Assembly: GCA_964016885.1 (NCBI GenBank)
Contig: OZ024742.1
Location: 113,770,001-113,834,000 of the forward strand
Source of the DNA: Eledone cirrhosa
Taxonomy: Eukaryota
Length of the DNA stretch: 64,000 bases
Direction: 5' to 3'
Position 1 is the stretch's first letter, and each line of letters begins with the position of its first letter. The position numbers were made by a program, and so were the translations under genes. A model generated the notes under the pieces. That model was not told the origin of the DNA. It saw only the letters and a list, made by a program, of their open reading frames with translations, and did no database searches. Shown here piece by piece: positions 29,810-42,713 of this stretch.

Positions 29810-30339
29810 AGACAGAGAGAGAGTGTGTGAGGGGAGGTCACTAAATATGAGAGTAATTAATGCATGGAGAGATTTAGTGTGCGTATAGATGTAGGTAAAT
29901 TCCTGATCGCGGCGCCAAGCGGTATCCGCTTGTGATTTCAGGATGCTTTTCACGTTGGCCCTGTGCTCGGGATTTGTCATATCTCTATATTCACTCTACA
30001 TTTCCGCATACATTGAATACTCCCGTGATTACTGGCCTCCCCCATCTCAGTACCGCAGACAATACACATAGACAATATATTAACCTTTCGTATTTCAGCG
30101 AATGTCATCCACAATTCGCAGCACTCCACCTCCAACGGCGAGTGTCGCGTCCGGCCCTTAAGATTGGAACTGAAGTCCATTATAAGATTGCGCCCACTAC
30201 TTCTCCCGAACAAGTGAGTTAAGTGCTGCTGAAAGGCCGCACGTATATTCTCAGGATCAATATGTCCATATCCAACGCTCAGTATATCCCACAACATGTA
30301 GGAATGGAAGCTGTTGTTCAAGTCACACAAAACAAAAGG

Positions 30340-30870
30340 AAAACACATTATCCCTTTTATCGCTGATAATCCCAGGAACTAAAATATCCTGAACTTTGCT
30401 CAGTTAGATGTCTTGATTCTATATCAATCCCCCAAAATAAAGGAATTTAAAAGAAATCTGATAAAATTGATAGTAGAGGCCTAGCATTCAACTTAAAGAA
30501 ACTACTAAGCAAAGCGAGATTTACTACAGAAAATAAAATAATGCAGTTACAAATTGCGGGGTCTCCCAACAAGGGTTGGACACATCAATTTTGAAAACAA
30601 TTTGATTTTCAAAGTTATCGCAAGCTGTATTGCAAATTCAAAAACGTAATTGACTGTGCTACCTGCCGACAGTGTAAAGAATATTACATTGGGGAAACGG
30701 GAACAGGTATACATAACAGAGCAAGGTCCATAAATGACAATTTAAAGATTCCTCAGAAACAGACCTTGCAAAGAACATTTTGCAGACTGCGAAAAGGAAC
30801 ATTTCCTGGAATATAAAAAATTATTCATTAAACATTACAGACCAAAAGTGAACACAAATATGTAATAACT
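30340..30870 (+). mobile_element. Degraded PLE GIY-YIG fragment
   Basis: Across frameshifts: NLKKLLSKARFT..KNVIDCATCRQCKEYYIGETGTGIHNRAR..LFIKHYRPKVNT. Confidence 0.75.
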
Positions 30871-32164
30871 CATTCTCTCCTGATATACTGGCTTTAACGT
30901 ACTATGGGCATGAAAATATCCAGATAACCAAGCCTAAGAGTTAAATCCTTAAGGTGTTCAAGCGATATCAGAAAAACTCACATTTCTTCGTTTTACAACA
31001 GTCTATGAGAAAATTGTAATAAGACCACCCGCGCCTATAATGTCCCATCACCTTTTGTAGGTTTTATTAAATGATTGGGATCACAATGCTGTCTTTGTGT
31101 AAAAATCCATTCTGTCCAAACGTCTTCAGAAAAACGAGCCTTAAAATTACAATGAATTAGAAAATCATATGCGGCACATTCCGTTGTCATCAGCGGAATG
31201 CATATTTCATGATTTCTAGCTGACATGAAATGTTATCATACAACATATAGTTATGAGTAGAACTGAGATAATCAACATAGAGAGGGAGGTTAAACATACC
31301 CCAGAGTTGTTACTTTAAAAGGAAGACGAAATTAAGCCGACACTTTATTTTCCGTACTCATGTTATTTAAAACAATTTATTCAATATTACGTATCATGTC
31401 TATTGATATGGTAACATTTTCTGGATTAGAGATGTACATATTAAAATTACATTTTTCTCAACATTAATTCAGTTAACCAATAGAGAGATAGAGAATAGTC
31501 AGTGTATTTAATATATTATATAAGAAAAAATATCAGTTGATTCACTACTTGCTACACACTCTGCCTTAAAATGTGAAATGCGCAACAATAGAATAAGGCA
31601 GAAATGTAAAATAACATGCGGTTGAATCAATAGATTTATATGTGTTTGTGCGTCTGCCCACGCTAATATGTATATGTGTATGCTTATATATGCTTATATA
31701 TATAAACGCATACACATGTTTATTGAATGCATAAGAATGCAGTAACCATTGATTGATGTCTTTGGGCTAATCACTTAAATATAATTTAGTCAATATATTT
31801 AGCCAAACGTAAGGTAACATTTCTAGCAATTAAAGGATTAGTAACCCCTGAAGGAGCATTAATGTTCTATGATGATACTCTCTCCCGAATCTTTCACATT
31901 CAAGTAGCTAGTATTGATGGTGCTGTTTATTCTAGTGATATTAGTAAGCATCACCTGCATGAGCATTATTCTTTTCACTGTTGTTGTAATTACTATAATT
32001 AGCATTGGTATTTTAATGAACTATTTTTGTTGTTGTTGTTATCACGATAATTATACTGAAGTAAGGTTACAAAAACACTGAAAAATAATAAATATAAATA
32101 TATATATATTAAATATATATATATTTATATTTATATATATACACAAATACATATATAAATACAC

Positions 32165-32215
<51 letters not shown>

Positions 32216-34006
32216 TATATATGTGTGGGAGTGTGTGTGGGGGGAGGGACGTGTGTGTTCGCGCGCGCGTATGTGTATGTATGTGTGTGTTGTATGTCAT
32301 TTTCTTTCTAATCTTAATCATCACCATTCGAATTACTGTGCATAGCAACAAAACGATGAAGACGAGAATAAATAAGATAATGTTGGCAGTAATTAAGGGC
32401 TATTTACAACAGATTGAAGGAAATAGTTTTAAAATCAGTTATTCTTAATCCTTTTAGCACCGACCAGTCACTCTCCTTCTAGTAGTTGTAATGCACCATG
32501 AAGTCAAGTGTCTCCGCGTGTTGGCACGCGTGTGTTCATATATGTGTGCGCCTATGTGAGTATATATGTGTGAGAGTGTCTATGTATGTACGTTTGTGTG
32601 TGAGAAAAATGTTAGCAAATACTATATTAACATTTGTATGATAGTAGCCCCGTTCGTCTCATGGCCGACTGGTTACATCGTTAGCTTCTCAAGGTTTAGC
32701 TTCCGTTATCAATTCCACTGCTCGGCATTTTAGAAATGAATTTTTAAATATATATATTTTCGGGTTTACACGTGTATTGTTAGAGAAATTGTATCGACGG
32801 TACCAGATTCGATCTATGTTACTTTTATTTCAGTGGACTAGATTTGTCAAACATTTGCTCACATTAAATATCTCTTAGGATAAACTTATCTCATACTTCT
32901 CTGTGGATGGAAACTTGCATAAAAAAATATTTCAAGAACAGGATATGATATCGATCAATTTACTGAAAAATCATCTTCGAATCTGAAGTTCCTATAAGTT
33001 TAAAGAATATTTATGTAAATCCTTGTGTGACTTGATATTACTTATATATACATGCTCTGGTATGCACAAATTTATATTTGTATTTATGAACATATGGCCA
33101 AATATAGGCATATGTACAAGCATTCGTATGTTTGGTAATGCTATTTTAAATATATATGCAGGGACGGATGTTTATCATTTTAAATATATATGCACAAGTT
33201 TGTATGGGTGTGCGCGTAAGGCTGTAAGTTTGTAAATATAAATGTGTTTAATTTTGTATCCCATGCTTGCGAGTGAACTTGTATGACTATACATGTAGTT
33301 GTGTGTGTTGGAATCCATGTAGATATAGATAATTGAGAGAGATTGCGTAAATAGGTAACATCGTGGAGTCCACAGTAAGGTGCCAAAAATCATATGGTTG
33401 TATGCGTATATTGTTTGGTATTGCAACATGTTTGGGACTGAGTGTGCTTGGAAGTGTATCTTCTGTGCGCGGTAAACCGTGTGTGTTGATATTTACGCTA
33501 TCCTTACACATATTTGACTGACCATATATGTAACCACATGTAGATATTTATGAGAACGTTACTTGTAGATGTATATTTATAATTGTATCCATGGATGTAT
33601 ATAATATTGGTCGATATATAAATGCACGCATATATGTTTGTGTGGATATATAAATGCATGCGTAACAACGTTTGCATACATACATATGTTTATAGGCATT
33701 TAGTTAACTGTTCATGAAGGCTAGAGTGTGTGATGTTGTGTGGGATTGCGCATGTATGTGTGTGATGATATCATTGATAACACTTTCTATGTTATTTTTT
33801 ACGGGTAACTCCATATGTAGGTTCTTCAGATTATCCATACTCCTAGACACATCTCTGCGAATGTATTTACATGTATAAGTATTGACATTTTTTGAAGAGC
33901 TTCCAGAATAACGGTGTATGTTTATGTGTTTTTAAAGCATAAAAGTGTAGCTATGCACGTATGTATTAAGGCATAACAGTGTAATATTGTACCATGTAAC
34001 CTGCAA

Positions 34007-34196
34007 ATAATTGTTTCTACTTTAGGCACAAGGCCAGCAATTACCCAGTGCATTACTGGTACTTTATTTTATCGACCCCGTAAGGATGAAAGGCAAAGTC
34101 AACCTCGGCGGGATTTGAACTCAGATCGTAAAGAGATGTAACTATGCTGGAAAGCATGGCGTCCGACCCTCTACCGATACTGCCAATCCACCTCCC
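34007..34196 (-). mobile_element. tRNA-derived SINE with target-site duplication
   Basis: Full-length copy of the 29554 family, flanked by TAACCTGCAAATAAT at 33997-34011 and 34197-34211. Confidence 0.9.
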
Positions 34197-34467
34197 TAAC
34201 CTGCAAATAATATACGTTAATTGTGAATATGTATAATGTAACCTGCAAATAATATACGTTAATTGTGAATATGTTGTTTTTATGTAGACTTGAATATATA
34301 ACTATTATAATACATATACATGCTGAAATAGTTATGTAGATAGGAGAAGTATTCTGGAAGTGTAAACATGGTTAAATGTATGTGTTTGTAAATGTATATA
34401 TGTAGGTAGGACTATATTATATAAATATGTATTCATGAGTATATATATATATATATATATATATATA

Positions 34468-34523
34468 GGAACGAGCAGGACCCCGACGGCTGAGCTCAAG
34501 CCGTTTCGACGGCTAATTCTGGA
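34468..34523 (-). repeat. PLE terminal-repeat fragment (HHR 3' half)
   Basis: Same sequence as the 1926-1981 arm; adjacent to (TA)n. Confidence 0.75.
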
Positions 34524-34579
34524 GTCTGGAGTCTGAGTCGTTAGGATTGGTGCTCTGAAATAGCGATGTGTATCTATAG

Positions 34580-34663
<84 letters not shown>

Positions 34664-34744
34664 CCAAAGAGGGCACGATAAGGATAAATATATATCAAAT
34701 ATATAAGAACCGTAGAGCAAATATTTATTAAAATAACAGATTAA

Positions 34745-34795
34745 AGTTTAAGCAAAGAATCGCTGCTTTCAACCTTAACGGGATCTTCTGAAACT
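34745..34795 (-). ncRNA. Hammerhead ribozyme (U4A variant)
   Basis: Reverse complement of 36783-36833. Confidence 0.65.
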
Positions 34796-36782
34796 AACAA
34801 AGTCAATATGTAAACGCAGAAGTGGATATTTCAAAAAACGTTGCAACCGGAGGAAGACAGGAAGACGATACTTTGGTTCGTGGGAACGTTCCCTGGCAAA
34901 GAACTGGAAAAAACGAATATAATACCTCATTAATAGGAGCGGTGAAAAACAATTACGCGCAAAGAGAAGAACCACATTTATGGTATAAAAGAGGTCGTAG
35001 ACTAATGTTCTCTTAGGTGCTTCATAGAGACGTTCTCTGGCAATGAACGAAAAAAACGAAGATAATACGTCATATGTGCACGCAAAGACAAAATCACGTA
35101 AATGGTATAGCAGAAGTCGTAGACTAAAATTCTAAATAGGAGACCGAATGAATCTCCGCTTCGGAGTTAAGAATAAAGTAAATAAATACAATACAGAGGT
35201 AATAGGCATTAAATAAATAAATACATACACGCATACAAATACGTACATACACAAGCATACGCGAAATTACTTACCATAGGTATACAAATCCACGCACATA
35301 TAAATATGTGTGTGTGTTCATGCATACAAATAAATAAATAATTAAATAAACGTATATAAATAAATACGTATATAACAAGCGCACACACATACCTACATGT
35401 AAATACACAAATGTTCGGAGACGTAAGTCAACCAAAACATGAAGTACACATATACACGCACCCTACATACGTATGAACGTGCATACTCACACAGACTCAA
35501 AACTCCCGTATACACATAACCAAACCATATGTACCAAAATATATAAAAAATTATGCGCCATAACATATACAATCAAATATACGTACGACAGAGTATACGT
35601 ACCTTCACCAAACATACATGTAATATATACTTACCTATGCAACTAAGTAATGGTATAAAAAAGGATATACTTAGCTACCAAATCAAGACTTAATATATCC
35701 ACGTATAGATCGTACTATCCGTTAGGGTATAACGTCGGGCTGTAATACAGGAGAGTTTTGTGCAATTTATGTTTACAAGCCGAAATTGCCTCAGATTTTT
35801 TGTTTAAGATGTGGTCTGTGGCGTAGAGTATTTCCAGGGCCTCAGCGGCGCAGAGGTCACATGGTCTTTTATTTCCGTTATACGATCTAGCCCGAGCTAG
35901 GATCTCCCAGTGTAACTTATATTGGGTGTGGTTGTCTTATAGACTCCAGATATAAGCTGAAAGTGACGTCATATTCCTTTTTAGAGGGTAACGAAAAGAA
36001 TGGGTATGCATGTAAAGACGCTGCTTGAATCTATTGGCGGTTAACCCTATGTAGGCCCTACGGGTAGTGGGTGTTTCAACCTTACATTTGTAGACAATGT
36101 TACTAGAGAGGCATTTCCCGGATAGAGGCAATCAACCCGATTCCTACAAATACAGTTAGTACTAACTACAGGGTTGCACGTGTTTCTACGGCTAGGTAGT
36201 TTAGCTAAATTTGAAGCTGTGATGTTATGTGCAAGGTTAAGAGTCGTAGAGTAAGACATTTTAATAGTATTTCTATTAAAAATGTTACTATATTTATGTG
36301 TAGGGTGAAAATGCTTCGTAATAAGGGAAAGAACAATCTTAGCTAATCGTGTGGCCACCTCCATATTATATGGTGGGTTATACCAACAAATGCGGCGGTA
36401 TCTATTTCTTCTAGGTCTATTTTCGTACTATGTATATGCTACCTTATCGACAAATCCACTCCCAACAAGAGCTTCATTGTAATAAGTGGAATGGTCGTTG
36501 AAAATATGCTCGTTAGTAGATAGACGGGAAAGACTCAACGAAGCGTTTCTTACAAGGTTCTTGGTTATGCTGGTAGGATGGTTGGAATGCCTACTTATGT
36601 AATTAAGCGTATCATTCGGCTTTCTATACGGGTAATACAACCTATTAATGACGTATTATATTCGTTTTTTCCAGTTCTTTGCCAGGGAACGTTCCCACGA
36701 ACCAGAGTATCGTTTTCCTGTCTTCCTCCGGTTGCAACGTGTTTTGAAATATCCACTTCTGCGTTTACAGATTGACTTTGTT

Positions 36783-36833
36783 AGTTTCAGAAGATCCCGT
36801 TAAGGTTGAAAGCAGCGATTCTTTGCTTAAACT
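36783..36833 (+). ncRNA. Hammerhead ribozyme (U4A variant)
   Basis: AGTTT-CAGAAGA-tcCC gttaa GGtt-GAAA-GCA gcgattctt TGC-TT-AAACT. Confidence 0.65.
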
Positions 36834-36849
36834 TTAATCTGTTATTTTA

Positions 36850-36895
<46 letters not shown>

Positions 36896-37145
36896 GTGTG
36901 TGTGGGGGGGGGGTGTTTAAACGTAAACAATGTTTGGATATTTTTCTCTGTTCAGGAATAGATGTTGTTAAATATACGCGTTTGAACTGCGCATGGCAAC
37001 ATGAATCAATATTCCTATAATTGCATACATTTATGGACTCACGCTTCCGTCAATACAGGCGAAGATAGAAATTTACTTGCATCATTTATACACACAAACA
37101 CACACACACACACACACAAACATATATATATATATATATAGAAAA

Positions 37146-37196
37146 AGTTCAAGGAAAGAATCGCTGCTTTCACCCTTTACGGGATCTTCTGAAATT
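37146..37196 (-). ncRNA. Third, diverged copy of the U4A hammerhead
   Basis: AATTT-CAGAAGA-tCCC gtaaa GGGt-GAAA-GCAgcgattcttTCC-TT-GAACT, between (TA)n tracts. Confidence 0.55.
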
Positions 37197-37623
37197 CTTT
37201 GGATTCTAGTCTTCAAATTTATTATTATTATTACTATATATATATATATTATACAGAATGTGTGTCCCTTAGTCATACAATTTACTTGACAACCCCATAG
37301 CTTGCACTGAAAAACCAGGCACTTGATGGGAAAAAATATATATATATTTCAGAAATGTTTTTACTAAATACATAAGCTTTGAAAATATTTGCCATTCCAG
37401 ATGAAAAAAAAACGAAAAATTCGTTGATCGAAGCCACTAACACGTCCAAATAAGCAGCTTTGTGTGGATATTTAAGTGCAGATTTAGAATAACAGCCTTT
37501 GAATCTCCTCATTAACGTGGAATCGTTTTTTTTATCGGATTAAAGTGTTTTAATCACTTTTCCTCTAGTAATTCCATGTGAAGCCACCTCTCTCCCTCTT
37601 GCTATATATATACATATATATAT

Positions 37624-37684
<61 letters not shown>

Positions 37685-37817
37685 TTGAGAAAGAGACGAT
37701 TATTAGGAAGTAAAATATTTGTTTTTCCCTTTTTTATTTATTTCTCTCATTTTTCTGGGTAAGAAAATGATTAAATAGAAATGTTTTACTTTGTGTGAAG
37801 TATTAAGGTATTAGTTG

Positions 37818-37873
37818 ATGTGTGTGTGTATGTGTGTGTGTGGGTGTGTGGGTGTGTGTGTATGTGTGTGTGT

Positions 37874-37930
<57 letters not shown>

Positions 37931-37973
37931 TGTCTGTGTGTGGGCGATCATGTATTCCTGTACACACAGACAC

Positions 37974-38067
<94 letters not shown>

Positions 38068-38086
38068 GTATGTATATATATATGAC
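37818..38086. repeat. (TG)n + (TA)n compound microsatellite
   Basis: Direct inspection. Confidence 0.95.
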
Positions 38087-38789
38087 ATGGTATATGATCG
38101 GACGGGATATTGGGTTGCTGCATGGTGTTCTTTCATGTATAATAAATATATGATTCTCGTTTCGAGAGAACCAACAGATGAATTTGAAAATCGAGTCTCT
38201 TACCCGGGAAATCGCGTCAAATCGCGTCAAATCTCGTGCACTTTTGTGGAATAGATGTTGACATAAATGGAAAACGTTAACAGAAGTGGCCCGGATAATT
38301 GTGTGATGTTGTGCAAGTGATTCGTCACCTAAATATCTGGGAGGCCACGCGTGGGACTGGCTTCTTGGTGGAGAAGTCAAAAACACTCACATAGGTTCTA
38401 CACTCCCTATTGAGTAATCAAATCGTTCATTCGGACTTGGGGTATATTTGAGACCTCAGCACAACAGTATTTTTGCCCTAAGAATATATAATATTCATTT
38501 TTTCATTAGTTTACTTTTCTCCGCCATTTACTTTCGGTCATATTTGGCAGAAGTCTGCTGAGTTTCACGATGGGGACAACAGTGAATATTGAGCGATTTT
38601 GAGTTTTTACTTTATCGATTGCTTTCATATCAACAGCAAGTGTCGAGACTTCAAAGACCAATAAATTATGTGACACTGCCAAACACAGAAACATAGAGAA
38701 AAGCCAGGAACCACCATAAAATCCCTGATCTGCAAAACATACCCTTTTAAGAAAACCCATTCTACTAATAGGAACTGCGTTATATGTAC

Positions 38790-39460
38790 AGGAAACACCC
38801 ACATAAATTGTAAAACTAGAAATCTAGTCTATAGCGTAAGATGTACAAAGGGTACTTGCAGAAACATGACAACAACATACATAGGCGAGACAGGTCGAAG
38901 CATAGGAGAAGGGATAGACCAACACTGGGGCAATTAAAAGAACGAAAAAACGTTTCAGTAGTATACGAACACGCCAGACAACAACCTGGCGGTAACATAG
39001 ACGCCGTAGAGATTAAAATAATATCTAAACATAAAAAGGACCCTGCGAGTAGGCAAATCAGAGAGGCAAGCGAAATAGTGCTTAGAAGGCCAAAGCTAAA
39101 CAGGAAGATTTGAATGGAATAACAACAACACCCAAACAAACAATACTGACTTAAGAGAAATATAAATATAATAAATATATACACAAGCACAATAACAACA
39201 AACACATATAAACACACACTAGTAAACTAAGATAGAATACAATAACCAAAACACATTCACCCAAGCGCGAACACACACACACACAAAACACTATATACAC
39301 ACGCAGACGCATGCGCAGAGAAGAAGACACAAATAAATACATAATTAAACAGATAAAATACAAATGGCGTAGACATACAATACAACACGTGGACCCATAA
39401 TCATACCACTGATGATGTTGCAGATGTGCAACGAAAGAAATGTGTCAGACTATATATATA
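38790..39460 (+). mobile_element. PLE 3' remnant (GIY-YIG tail + terminal repeat with decayed HHR)
   Basis: CTKGTCRNMTTTYIGETGRSI / SVVYEHARQQ..KDPASRQIREASEI..PKLNRK. Then CTGATGA-tGTTGCA gatg TGCAAC-GAAA at 39409-39436, just before (TA)n. Confidence 0.8.
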
Positions 39461-39784
39461 TGTATTTAAATCTGTATATTTGCCCGTAGGTCTATCAATG
39501 ATAACAATTGAGGACCAACTGAATTAACAGTGGAGATATAAAAGATACAGAAGCGAAAAGCAACCAAACAGTGAATGTGGTCTGTTATTATTTCTGGTAA
39601 TATTATTACAACACTATGAGCCTCCCCAAGTATAACATTTGTTTCGGCACACGATTTCATATCAAAAACCTCGCAAAACTAATTCATCGCCGTCATATAT
39701 ATATATTAACAGTCGATCGACCTTCGTCAAATCGGAGGTGACAGTATAGTACCAACGGCCCCGTCTAGAACAAGTGGCAGATAT

Positions 39785-40075
39785 TACAGTAGCCTGGGGT
39801 TCAAAGGCCCACAGGATTTCAACAAGCTACGAAGAAATTTGAGAGATCTGCATTGTGTGGTGGTGGTTGATTTCAAGAAACATCTTGACATCCTGCTATC
39901 CAGGATCCCCTGTGAGCCCACCGCAATGTACGAAGGTAATTTAAGTGCAGCAGCGACGAATTCCCTCTTACACCAATGGCCAGTCAGCACAGGCTGGAGA
40001 TAGAACATTTAGCAACAAGGTCGGTGCCCTAGAATGGCCTCAGCTGGTGTACCTGGACGAGATAAAAGTGTAAAA
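39785..40075 (+). mobile_element. CR1/L2-group LINE 3' end
   Basis: SLGFKGPQDFNKLRRNLRDL..FKKHLDILLSRIPCEP..AATNSLLHQ matches the GP..FN.LP..FK..LD..L..IP C-terminus of CR1-group ORF2. Confidence 0.7.
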
Positions 40076-40769
40076 GAATGTATGTAGAGAGAAAGAACAA
40101 CTCATCTCATAAGAAATATGATATATATATACAACAAATATATATTTTATAGAAGATTATCTACACAGGTGGAATCAAAGGTGAAACCTAATAGCGCTAT
40201 TCCATACCTGGAGAGTGCAGCTCAAAATCAATCTATTTAATCCATCATCGAAAACATCAATCAATATAACCGATCATCGGATACACACTATCGATTACGA
40301 TTAAACTATATGAGACTCAGGTTTTGTCTAACCAATATATCGGAAATATAGAATGAAGTGATAAATAAATCAATATACCTGCCAATATCCAACACAATCC
40401 TCATGCTGAGAAGCACATGGTGAAAACACGTTAAACCCAAGGCAAACAGATATCATCAAGGTGGATGACACACCTCCGCTAGAAATAGCCACATTGATTA
40501 TACCGACCTAGCTCAACAAATAAAGATGTTTGGAGCCGTTAAATTCAAATAGTAAACCAAAACATATCAAATAATGCTAAATTCATGTTTCACAATAAGC
40601 AAGTTAAATAGAATGGGCCATGTATCGTATTAGAAACACCGCATGTTGTATATGCACCAAATACATATTCTATAGAAGAATATGTACCGAGCTGGTGAAA
40701 TCTCACAGCGCTATTTCATACCTGGAGAGTGAAGTTGAAAATCAATATATATATATATATATATTGCAT

Positions 40770-41925
40770 AAAGAGCAAAGGACAACCTAAATCCATAAAA
40801 AACAACCTCACAAAAGCCAAAATCCAACAAACCCTCATAATGAACCCTACAGTAACAAAATCCGGAACGCCCAACTGTGGCATTTGCATAAATCTAATAG
40901 AATGTTCAACATTCCATTTAAACAAGGACAACATTTCACAGTTAAACACAACTTTACATGTGCATCTGAAAACCTAATCTATGTTTTGACCTGCTCAGGT
41001 TGTCAAAATCACTACATAGGACAGACAAAAAACAGCCTCCGACAACGTATCACAAATCAAAATACAGGAATACAGAAAGATTGCGTTTAGTGAACATATC
41101 GCTAATTGTGCGCCCAACCAACATCCAAACTCTAAAATGTTCAACATTTACAAATTCATAGACAATGCTACTTTCATCCTCGTACCAATAAGGAAACGTA
41201 TTTGATTAACAAATTCCAAGCTATACTTAATGCACTAAACTTCGGCCTAAACTAAAACTGGAACGAACAATGAACCAAATACAAATACATATGTCTCTCT
41301 AAAGTGTTACCTCCCTACACCCTACCTAATCCTTTTTCTTAAATAAATTAAATACCATCCACCATTTCTCTCCCACCCTGAATTATCTCCCCTCCACATT
41401 AACTCTCTAAAAAGGGAAATCATATCAAATCCCAGACCACCATTTGCCTCCATCATGGATCAACTAAGCACTGTTGCTATATTAACACATTTTGATCTGC
41501 TTATCTTCAAGAACTCTGCCTGTATATAACATTATTTTTCTCTTTCACATTGCCTTATTATGTTCCACATTACGTCCTTTTTTTTTCTTTTTTCGTTTCA
41601 CTTCATAAACCTTGTTTCTAAATAACATTATTCTTTCTTCACCATTTCCTTAGCATGTTCAACACGACCATAACACACCAATACATATTATTATCATTTG
41701 ATAATGCAAAAAAATGCTGAAACCGGTAATATACAATTATAAAATATATAAATAAGTAAATAAATGCTATTGTTAATTAATAAATAAATCTAGGAATACC
41801 TTCACACAAAGTAAAATATTTCGTTTTAATCATTTTCTAACCCAGAAAAAAAGAGAGGAGAAAATAAAAAGGAAAAATATATATTTGTCATCCTAATAAT
41901 CGTCTTTTTCTCCCTGTTTTCTAGC
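40770..41925 (+). mobile_element. PLE 3' portion (GIY-YIG + 3'UTR + terminal repeat)
   Basis: KSKGQPKSIKNNLTKAK..CGICINL / HNFTCASENLIYVLTCSGCQNHYIGQTKNSLRQR. The terminal 41790-41920 recurs inverted at 37681-37812. Confidence 0.82.
41692..41733 (+). ncRNA. Hammerhead ribozyme with U3-A8 core covariation
   Basis: cAT-TTGATAA-tGCA aaaaaa TGCt-GAAA-CCGG-TA-ATa; stem I is weak. Confidence 0.6.
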
Positions 41926-42440
41926 AAGACCTAACTCTGATCATGTAGGTTTTATCAATCTACAGGTAGACGGGTTAGTAAAATCATGTTTGTGATTTCC
42001 ATCACTGTAATGAAGGCAACACGTTCTGCTAAACGTTCAATATGTTTTGCTAATCTTTATTCTTAATATTTGTATTTGGTTTAGCCATTCGGTAATTATC
42101 GGTTATTCTACAAAGTATAATGTTGTTATATTCTTCCTTATCCAATTGATAAACGTTTTGGTGGGGTTTTGTCCGAAAATTCAAAAATATTCTGAGAGGA
42201 TTTGAACATTCAAAAATATTCTGAGAGGATTTCCAATGTCGTTTACGTTAATGTGATTGTTGCGACTACATCTAATAGGTCAGCTTTGGACCGGTATGAT
42301 CCTTAAATCGGGAAGGGTATTTAATAGAATTAATGTTAACATTTTCGGTGGCTCCGTGGCCACTTCACCGTAGAGCAGAAGTGTCTTTCACCTCAATGTA
42401 CGTGCAAAATCTAAATCGTCGATAAGCATGTTGGTGTGCT

Positions 42441-42553
<113 letters not shown>

Positions 42554-42713
42554 GTAGGTCCCGGGTTGAGTCGGGATAACCACAGTAAGTAAGGTACTCA
42601 ATACATGGCAGAGTAATTTTGTTGATTTTATATATATATAAAATCAACAAAATATATATAAAATCAACAAAATTTCATTCACTTAACAAGTATGTGCTGC
42701 CATTAGTTAAGGG

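Larger units (their letters stand above)
34665..36856 (-). mobile_element. 5'-truncated PLE with inverted terminal repeat
   Basis: YYPYRKPND..SNHP..YYNEAL, KHFHPTHKYSNIFNRNTIKMSYS, CICRNRVDC/PLSGKCLSSNIVYKCKV..YIGLTANRFKQR..LSAYIW. About 205-bp inverted repeat 34721-34927 / 36641-36856. (TA)n on both sides. Confidence 0.9.
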
